Positions 55,569 to 61,451 of a stretch of 61,451 nucleotides of DNA are shown here, in pieces; position 1 is the first letter of the stretch, and each line of letters starts with the position of its first letter. The stretch comes from Deltaproteobacteria bacterium (lineage in GTDB: Bacteria; Myxococcota_A; Polyangia; GCA-2747355): contig JAFCZD010000026.1 of assembly GCA_019314525.1 (NCBI GenBank), positions 1-61,451 of the forward strand, given 5' to 3'. Under the pieces are notes generated by a model. The model ran no database searches. It was not told the DNA's origin and saw only the letters and a program-made list of their open reading frames with translations. The translations under genes were made by a program, and so were the position numbers.

Positions 55569-57626
55569 TCACTGGCCCTCCCGCTCGGCGCGTTCCGCTG
55601 CGGCGAGGCGCTCAAAATTGGCGAGGTTGGGGCGCACAAAGGACGCCATGGGGTACGCCTTATCCACTCCGCCCTCACCGAGGTCACGCTTGGGGTCGAA
55701 GCGCAGCAGGGCCTGTTGAAGCTGCGTGAAGAGCTTGGGGGAGAGGTGTGGGGCCGCACAGATGCAGTCGTTGGGTAGATCTCCAGTGATGGCCAAGATT
55801 TTCACCGCCGAGGTGGGGATTCCTTCTTTGCGAGCAATCCGGTACTCCGAGTAGGCGGCGGCCACATCACAGCGCTTGGCGAGTAGGTCACGCAGCACAC
55901 CTGGCTGGGTGCGAGAAAAATGGTGGCTGACGAAGAACCGGTCCGGGTCGAGGCCTTTGCTGCGCAAGAAATGACGAGGCATCAAGTAGCCGCTCGCCGA
56001 TCCCGGGTCTACATAACAGATGCGCTTGTTGCGCAGCTGCTCGAGGCGCTCGAAGCCGCTGTTGGTGCGCACCAGCAGGTAAGCTTGATAGGTCGCTGCG
56101 CCATCGAAGGCGCTGGCAGCGATGGTTCGCAGGTTGGGAATGGTGTTGCGTGCACGGACCACCTGCAGGGGCGGAAGCGAAGCAAAGTCCAGCTCGCCCG
56201 CAAGCAGCCTCTTGCGCAGGTCATCATAGCTTTGGGTTACTACCAGCTCGATGCGACGTCCCACAGCGTCGCCCAAATAGCTGGCCAAAGGTTCCATGGC
56301 ACGACGCATGGTAGGGGCAGGCTGCACTGGAGTTAGCCCCAAACGCAGAGCGGGACTACTGTGCTCTGCGTTGAGGCGATACCCCAGGCCCGCAGCGATA
56401 CCAAGGGCGACGGCCAGCAGGGCCATCCATGGTGTCCAGCGCCGCATGGGTGATGGAGGATCGTCGCGTCTAAGGCGCCCGCGTTCATCCACCGTAGTGT
56501 CTTCAGCGGGCAGGCCTGTGATGGCGGCCACGGCTAAATCAGCCACGGCGATGTCTGCAGCCTCAAGCTCTGATGTCGGTCGGCGCTGGCGCACGCCCGC
56601 GCTCGTTTCGTTGTCGTCGAAGCCGCGAACCAAGGCAGGGATGGCCCCTGTGGGCTTGCGCGCGATGCGGGCCAGGGCCGCCACACGTCGGTCGAGTACT
56701 GGACCGAATTCACCACGAAAGTAGCGGGCCAGGGCGTCAGGCCCAGTGGCTGTGGCTTCATCCATGAGCAGCGCCGCGAGGGCTTCTTTCATCGCTAGGG
56801 TGGTGGGGAAGCGCTGCTTTCGATCACGCTCTAGAGCTCGCATGATCACCTCCTCGATCCGTGCATCGAGGGTGTTGTTGATCTCACGAGGGGGTGTGAT
56901 GGGCTCCTCGCAGATCGCCCTGAGGGTCGTCAGTTCGCTGGAGCGGAGGAAGAGGCGCTTGCCGGTGACGAGTTCATAGAAGACGGTACCGAGGGAGAAG
57001 ATATCCGAGCGGCGATCGAGGTCGAGGCCCTCTGCCTGCTCTGGTGACATATAGGGGAACTTGCCTTTGATACCCCCAGTGTTGGTGCGAATATTGGTGT
57101 CCTTGGCTTTGGCCACACCAAAATCCACCAGCTTCACCACGCCCGCGCGGCTGATCATCAGGTTGTGGGGGCTGACGTCGCGGTGCACGATGCCCAGGTT
57201 GTCGCCGTTCTCGTCAGCGCAGATTTCGTGCACGGCGTGCAGTCCATCACACGCCTGCATCACGATGGACGTGGCGATGGAAGTAGGCATGGCCCGCGCT
57301 CTCTCTCGGGCGCGACGAGCCAGGGCTCCTGCGCTGGGGCCGTCCACATACTCCATCACCATGAAATATTCGTGCTCATCCTGTCCCACCTCATGGATGT
57401 GCACCACATTGGGGTGGTCCACCATCGCCGCCAGGCGTGCCTCCTCGATGAACATCTCGACGAAGGACTTCTCTTCGGCTAGGTGGGGCAGGATACGCTT
57501 GATTACAACCAAATCGGCCAGGTCGCGGCGCCCACTGGGCCGGGCGAGATAGATCTCAGCCATCCCACCCTTGGCGATGCGGGCACAAAGCTCGTATTGT
57601 CCGAGTCTGGCGGGTCGATCGCTCAA
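55569..57626 (-). CDS. Ser/Thr protein kinase fused through a TM helix to a PhnD-type periplasmic solute-binding domain.
   Basis: Kinase motifs IAKGGMAEIYLA, VVIKRIL, HRDVSPHN, DFGVA, SPEQ. TM helix WMALLAVALGIAAGLGY. The C-terminal LRLGLTPVQ...DFASLPPLQVV...GSASGYLMPRHFL fits phosphonate/PhnD-like binding proteins. The only in-frame start before the kinase domain is a TTG. Confidence 0.85.
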   Translation of the reverse strand: MSDRPARLGQYELCARIAKGGMAEIYLARPSGRRDLADLVVIKRILPHLAEEKSFVEMFIEEARLAAMVDHPNVVHIHEVGQDEHEYFMVMEYVDGPSAGALARRARERARAMPTSIATSIVMQACDGLHAVHEICADENGDNLGIVHRDVSPHNLMISRAGVVKLVDFGVAKAKDTNIRTNTGGIKGKFPYMSPEQAEGLDLDRRSDIFSLGTVFYELVTGKRLFLRSSELTTLRAICEEPITPPREINNTLDARIEEVIMRALERDRKQRFPTTLAMKEALAALLMDEATATGPDALARYFRGEFGPVLDRRVAALARIARKPTGAIPALVRGFDDNETSAGVRQRRPTSELEAADIAVADLAVAAITGLPAEDTTVDERGRLRRDDPPSPMRRWTPWMALLAVALGIAAGLGYRLNAEHSSPALRLGLTPVQPAPTMRRAMEPLASYLGDAVGRRIELVVTQSYDDLRKRLLAGELDFASLPPLQVVRARNTIPNLRTIAASAFDGAATYQAYLLVRTNSGFERLEQLRNKRICYVDPGSASGYLMPRHFLRSKGLDPDRFFVSHHFSRTQPGVLRDLLAKRCDVAAAYSEYRIARKEGIPTSAVKILAITGDLPNDCICAAPHLSPKLFTQLQQALLRFDPKRDLGEGGVDKAYPMASFVRPNLANFERLAAAERAEREGQ

Positions 57627-57738
57627 AGTGGGCTCTTTTCGGTACCGATGACTTTGGCTGGGGTCCTCGCCACGCGTAGACTATGCCACGGCGTTTGGGG
57701 GCCGGGCAAACAGCTCTTCGCCACCACGCCTCGAGGGT

Positions 57739-58629
57739 TTGAGTATGACTTTTCCAATGCGTGACGCGTCCTCCTTGGTGCTAGCGCGTGAAGGGGCCGA
57801 GGGGCCGCAACTCTACATGGTGCAGCGCCATCGGGGACATGTTTTCATGGCTCAGGCGCAGGTCTTCGTTGGCGGTCGAGTGGACGCTATGGACCGCACA
57901 ACTGACATCCTCTCTCGCTGCACGGGGGGCACACCTGAGCAGCTCGCGCAGCGGTTGGGGGTTGAGGATCCGCTGCGCGCTCTGGGGCACTATGTTGGGG
58001 CTTTGCGCGAGGCGTTTGAGGAGTCTGCGCTGCTTCTGGTAGAGGGCGTCAAGGGCATGGCGCCTGATGCACACGAGCGGCGCGTTTTGCGAGACGCGTT
58101 GCTGGCGGGTGAGCGGTCCTTTGTGTCAATCTTGGTGGAGCTCGAGGCGACCTTGCCCCTCGACTCTCTGCGTTACCTCGATCACTGGATCACTCCCCCT
58201 TTCGAGCCTCGTCAATATGACACTCGGTTCTTCATCGCGGCGGCCCCTGCGACTCAGAGCGCCCACGCCGACTTGGGTGAGACTGAGGGGGGGGATTGGT
58301 TTGGTGTCGAGGAAGTGCTCGCACGTCATCTGGCAGACGAGGTGATACTCGCACCACCAACCCTCTGTATTTTAGAGGGTTTGCGAGGTGCACGCTCTGT
58401 GGAGGAGATCCTCGCTCAGGCCAAAGATAGCCCGGTCACGGCAATTCGGCCTCGGCTCCTCGAGGGGGTCGAGCCACGCACGTTGGCTTTGCCCGCCGAC
58501 CACCGATACGCCGACCCCTTGTCATCTGAGGGAAGGGTCCATGCCATGGTTTATGAAGCGGGGCGTTGGGTGCAAAAAAAGCAGCTAACGCGCCGCGTCG
58601 ATCTTCCCAGCGCGTCACCGCTGGGCTAG
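57739..58629 (+). CDS. NUDIX-fold protein (degenerate Nudix box).
   Basis: GGRVDAMD...ALREAFEESALLL resembles GX5EX7REUXEEXGU. About 296 aa. Confidence 0.5.
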   Translation: MSMTFPMRDASSLVLAREGAEGPQLYMVQRHRGHVFMAQAQVFVGGRVDAMDRTTDILSRCTGGTPEQLAQRLGVEDPLRALGHYVGALREAFEESALLLVEGVKGMAPDAHERRVLRDALLAGERSFVSILVELEATLPLDSLRYLDHWITPPFEPRQYDTRFFIAAAPATQSAHADLGETEGGDWFGVEEVLARHLADEVILAPPTLCILEGLRGARSVEEILAQAKDSPVTAIRPRLLEGVEPRTLALPADHRYADPLSSEGRVHAMVYEAGRWVQKKQLTRRVDLPSASPLG

Positions 58630-58655
58630 CTTTCATTACAGAAAGTAGAGGTCGA

Positions 58656-60497
58656 ATGATGGCTGCCACGCTTATCGAAAAGATCATAGCCGCTCATTGT
58701 GAGAGCGACTTTGTTGTGCCTGGAGAGATCGTCGATCTTCGGCTCGACGCACGCGTGGCTCGCGATTTTGGCGGCGCCAACGTGGTGAAGAACCTACGCG
58801 CTGCGGAGCTCTCCATCGCGGATCCAGGGCGCACCTTCTTCACCTTCGATTGCAACCCTGGTGGGTCGGATCAAGACTACGCTGCGAACCAGCATTTGTG
58901 TCGCCTCTTTGCGCGCGAGCGTGGTATCGCGGTGCACGATATTAATCGTGGCATTGGCACCCATATCGCTATCGAAGCGGGCCTGGCGTGGCCTGGGAGC
59001 ACCTTTGTCTCTACCGACTCTCATGCCAACATCATGGGCGCCATCGGTGCCTTTGGTCAGGGTATGGGGGATGCGGATATCGCGGGGGCCTTTGCTCATG
59101 GCAGCGTTTGGTTCGAGGTGCCGCCTACGGTGAAGGTGATCTTCGAGGGCCAGCCTGCCAAGGGCTGTGCGGCTAAGGACCTCACCCTCGCGGCTTGTGG
59201 TCAGCTTGGCGCTAAGGGTCTTCTCGGCTGTGCAGCAGAGGTCTACGGCGATGTGATCGATGGGCTGGGGCTGGCAGGCCGCGTGACCCTTTCATCCATG
59301 GCGACGGAGATGGGCGCGATCACCGTGCTCATCCCGCCGAGTGAGGAGGTGCTGGCTTTCTGTGGGCAACGCATGAGTGAGGACTTCGAGGCGCTCTACG
59401 CTGACGAGGGGGCGAGCTATGTGCGGGAGGTGGTGGTCAACGTGGAGGGGTTGACACCACGCGTCTCTAGGCCGGGTCACCCTGACGATGTGCATGCAGT
59501 GGAAGAGCTTGGGGGTCCCTGGATTGACTCGGCCTTCATTGGCTCATGTACCAACGGACGCTTGGCGGATTTACGCGTGGCGGCTGAGGTGCTGGTTGGG
59601 CGGAAGGTGAAAGAAGGTGTGGTGCTCAAGATCGTGCCGGCCACAGACGAGGTTTGGTGTGCGGCCCTCGAAGAGGGGCTCTTTGAGGTCTTCAAAGCTG
59701 CTGGGGCGTTGGTGAGCAATGCGGGTTGCGCGGGCTGTGCTGCGGGTCAGGTGGGGCAAAATGGGCCAGGCGAAGTGACCATTAGCAGTGGCAACCGCAA
59801 TTTTCCGGGCAAACAGGGGCGAGGCGACGTCTATTTGGCCAGCCCTGCTACCATCGCGGCTTCTGCGGTGGCTGGCGCTATTGTTACGGCTGAGCAGCTT
59901 GTTGCGGGGACCGTTCCGCAGCGGCGGGTTGCGCCTTCGCTTCCAGCGCTTGTAGTGAGTGGGGCAAATGGGGGGGAAGCGCAGAAGAGGGTATCTGCCA
60001 AAGGCAGGCCGCGGGTCTTGCGCGGTCGGGCTTGGGTGGTAGATGTGGATAGCGTTGACACCGACATGATCTACCACAACCGCTACCTGGCTGAGACGGA
60101 TCCGGCGAAGATGGGACGGCATGCTTTTGGAAACCTTCCAGGATGGGAGGATTTCTCGGGGAAGGTACAGGCGGGCGATGTGCTGGTGGTGGGGGCTAAT
60201 TTTGGAGCGGGGTCTAGTCGACAGCAGGCAGTGACGTGCTTCTTGAGCCTTGGGGTGAGCGCTATTGTTGGGCGCAGCTTTGGCGCGATCTATGAGCGAA
60301 ACGCGATCAACGAGGGCATGCCAGCGTTGCGTTGCGATTTCCCTTTGGGAGCTATCGCTAACGGCGATACGTTGGAGATCGATCTTGAGAGCGGCCAAGT
60401 GGAGAACCTGACGCGGGGTACACGCCTGGATGCGCGGCCGCTTTCGCCGGTTCAACTGCGCATCTACCAACGTGGGGGGCTTCTGGCGCGGGTGTGA
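58656..60497 (+). CDS. Aconitase-family dehydratase with fused large and small subunits (LeuC/HacA-like plus LeuD/HacB-like).
   Basis: STDSHANIMGA, GSCTNGRLADL, GCAGCAAG and GNRNFPGKQG belong to the large subunit. A linker follows, then GRAWVVDVDSVDTDMIYHNRYL...GANFGAGSSRQQA, which is small-subunit-like. ATG 58656 chosen. Confidence 0.8.
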   Translation: MMAATLIEKIIAAHCESDFVVPGEIVDLRLDARVARDFGGANVVKNLRAAELSIADPGRTFFTFDCNPGGSDQDYAANQHLCRLFARERGIAVHDINRGIGTHIAIEAGLAWPGSTFVSTDSHANIMGAIGAFGQGMGDADIAGAFAHGSVWFEVPPTVKVIFEGQPAKGCAAKDLTLAACGQLGAKGLLGCAAEVYGDVIDGLGLAGRVTLSSMATEMGAITVLIPPSEEVLAFCGQRMSEDFEALYADEGASYVREVVVNVEGLTPRVSRPGHPDDVHAVEELGGPWIDSAFIGSCTNGRLADLRVAAEVLVGRKVKEGVVLKIVPATDEVWCAALEEGLFEVFKAAGALVSNAGCAGCAAGQVGQNGPGEVTISSGNRNFPGKQGRGDVYLASPATIAASAVAGAIVTAEQLVAGTVPQRRVAPSLPALVVSGANGGEAQKRVSAKGRPRVLRGRAWVVDVDSVDTDMIYHNRYLAETDPAKMGRHAFGNLPGWEDFSGKVQAGDVLVVGANFGAGSSRQQAVTCFLSLGVSAIVGRSFGAIYERNAINEGMPALRCDFPLGAIANGDTLEIDLESGQVENLTRGTRLDARPLSPVQLRIYQRGGLLARV

Positions 60498-60507
60498 GTT
60501 GTTTGGT

Positions 60508-60585
60508 CTTGGTCCCAACTCAGAGTCATTTTTTCTGCCAGAAAAACTTGGTCCCAACTCAGAGTCATTTTTTCTGCCAGAAAAA
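60508..60585. repeat. Two perfect 39-bp direct repeats, each containing the 17-bp palindrome TTTTTCTGCCAGAAAAA (REP-like element).
   Basis: cttggtcccaactcagagtcattttttctgccagaaaaa occurs at 60508..60546 and again at 60547..60585. Confidence 0.9.
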
Positions 60586-60691
60586 CAGCGATGGGTCCGC
60601 CATTTGGACGACCAGACCGTGGACCGGACGCCCTTCCATATTCTTGTTGCCAAGCCCTTGAATTGACACGCCGAGGAGCGTGGTACGCTTC

Positions 60692-61451
60692 ATGAAGCGC
60701 CTACGAGGCATGACCCGACCCATGCCTGTACGCCCCAACACCACCTATATGGAGAGTCGCCGCTGCTCAGAGCGGCGTTTCTTTCTCAAACCCTCAAAGA
60801 TGAGCAAGCAGATCTATGAGTATGTCCTGGCCTTGGCCGCTCAAGAATATCGAGTCGAGCTTCATGGCTACATGGTGGAGTCCAATCACGATCATGTGGT
60901 GTCGACGGACACTGAGGGAAACCATCCCGCCTTTCGCCAGAAGAAAAACAGCCTCATTGCGCGGGCGATGAACACTCACCTCAACCGCAAGGGGGCGTTT
61001 TGGGTATCCACAGATCGAGACGTGGTGGAGTTGGTGGACGAGGGGGCTCAGGTGGAGGCGTATGCGTATACCCTCGCCAACCCGGTGAAAGATGGCCTGG
61101 TGATGTATGGCTACCAATGGCCTGGGCCTCGTAGCCAACCGTGCGACTTCGGCAGAAGCCGCGTCATCAAACGCCCTCACGTATTTTTCAGCGACAAGCT
61201 CCCTGAAGAGGTGGTGTTGACGCTCACACCACCGCCGTGTCTGGCTCATATGTCCGTGGCACTCGCGGCTCACCACCTTCAAGAGGTGGTGGCCGACGAG
61301 GAAGCCAACCATCGACAGAAGCGGGCCGCCGCAGGGTTAGGCTTTCTGGGGCGCCGTGCGGTGCGCAAGCAGAGCCCCTTTGATAGCCCTACAAGCAAGC
61401 CAGCCTTTCGTCGGCTCAATCCGCGCATCAAGTGCGCGGATATCACCGTGC
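60692..61451 (+). mobile_element. IS200/RAYT-like HUH tyrosine transposase gene (partial, runs off the window end).
   Basis: Hand translation from ATG 60692 gives MKRLRGMTRPMPVRPNTTYMESRRCSERRFFLKPS...ELHGYMVESNHDHVVSTD (HUH-type H-D-H motif) ...AYAYTLANPVKDGLV (Tyr motif resembling Y...NPVkAGLV). The frame is open to the window end. The track ORF 60794..61312 (-) is its antisense shadow. Confidence 0.55.

Noticed and set aside
60508-60585. Possible CRISPR array (direct repeats containing a palindrome).
   Set aside because: There are only two copies, they are directly abutting with no spacers, and no cas genes are in the window.
59571-60653. 360-aa minus-strand ORF opposite the fused dehydratase and running through the 39-bp repeats.
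   Set aside because: It is Arg/Pro/Ser-rich and antisense to a gene with clear aconitase-family motifs. Its N-terminal part simply reads through the duplicated repeats.
60794-61312. 172-aa minus-strand ORF at the window end.
   Set aside because: It is antisense to the open plus-strand frame that carries the HUH/Tyr transposase-like motifs and has no motifs of its own.

Overview
GC-rich (about 60% by eye) bacterial chromosomal segment. The gene content looks like Myxococcota/Bradymonadota-type deltaproteobacteria; this is inferred from content only, no search was possible. It holds five eukaryotic-like Ser/Thr kinases, PEGA domains, many lipobox lipoproteins with Cys- or Asp-rich repeats, a serpin, an M16 protease pair and an HtrA protease. 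I support about 46 protein-coding genes, one of them disrupted, packed tightly with many ATGA/TGATG start-stop overlaps. I recognised no rRNA, tRNA or CRISPR. Two long genes run off the window edges and are therefore missing from the ORF track: a giant repeat lipoprotein at 1..3384 (-) and a HUH/RAYT-like transposase at 60692..61451 (+). The best candidate for an undescribed system is a compact RiPP-like cassette at 13247..15267 (-). It encodes a signal-peptide-bearing Lys/Cys-rich 82-aa precursor, then a hairpin, then a DUF692 (MbnB/HvfB/BufB-family) enzyme and a DUF2063 partner. This resembles a divergent HvfA/bufferin-type metallophore locus without an adjacent DoxX gene. Other notable points: (1) a kinase whose glycine-rich loop is removed by a frameshifting deletion; (2) a GH3 nagZ-like gene broken by a perfect 16-bp tandem duplication, with other short tandem duplications nearby; (3) a TatT-type TRAP transporter operon with long acidic tails, coupled to a HAD hydrolase; (4) a PASTA protein encoded separately from its kinase; (5) tandem paralogous predicted outer-membrane barrels; (6) a plant-type LRR lipoprotein; (7) a serpin/HEAT/Cache-PAS-DUF294 gene string; (8) 39-bp palindrome-containing repeats beside the RAYT-like gene. 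All functional calls rest on motif recognition in the translations and need HMM/BLAST confirmation.
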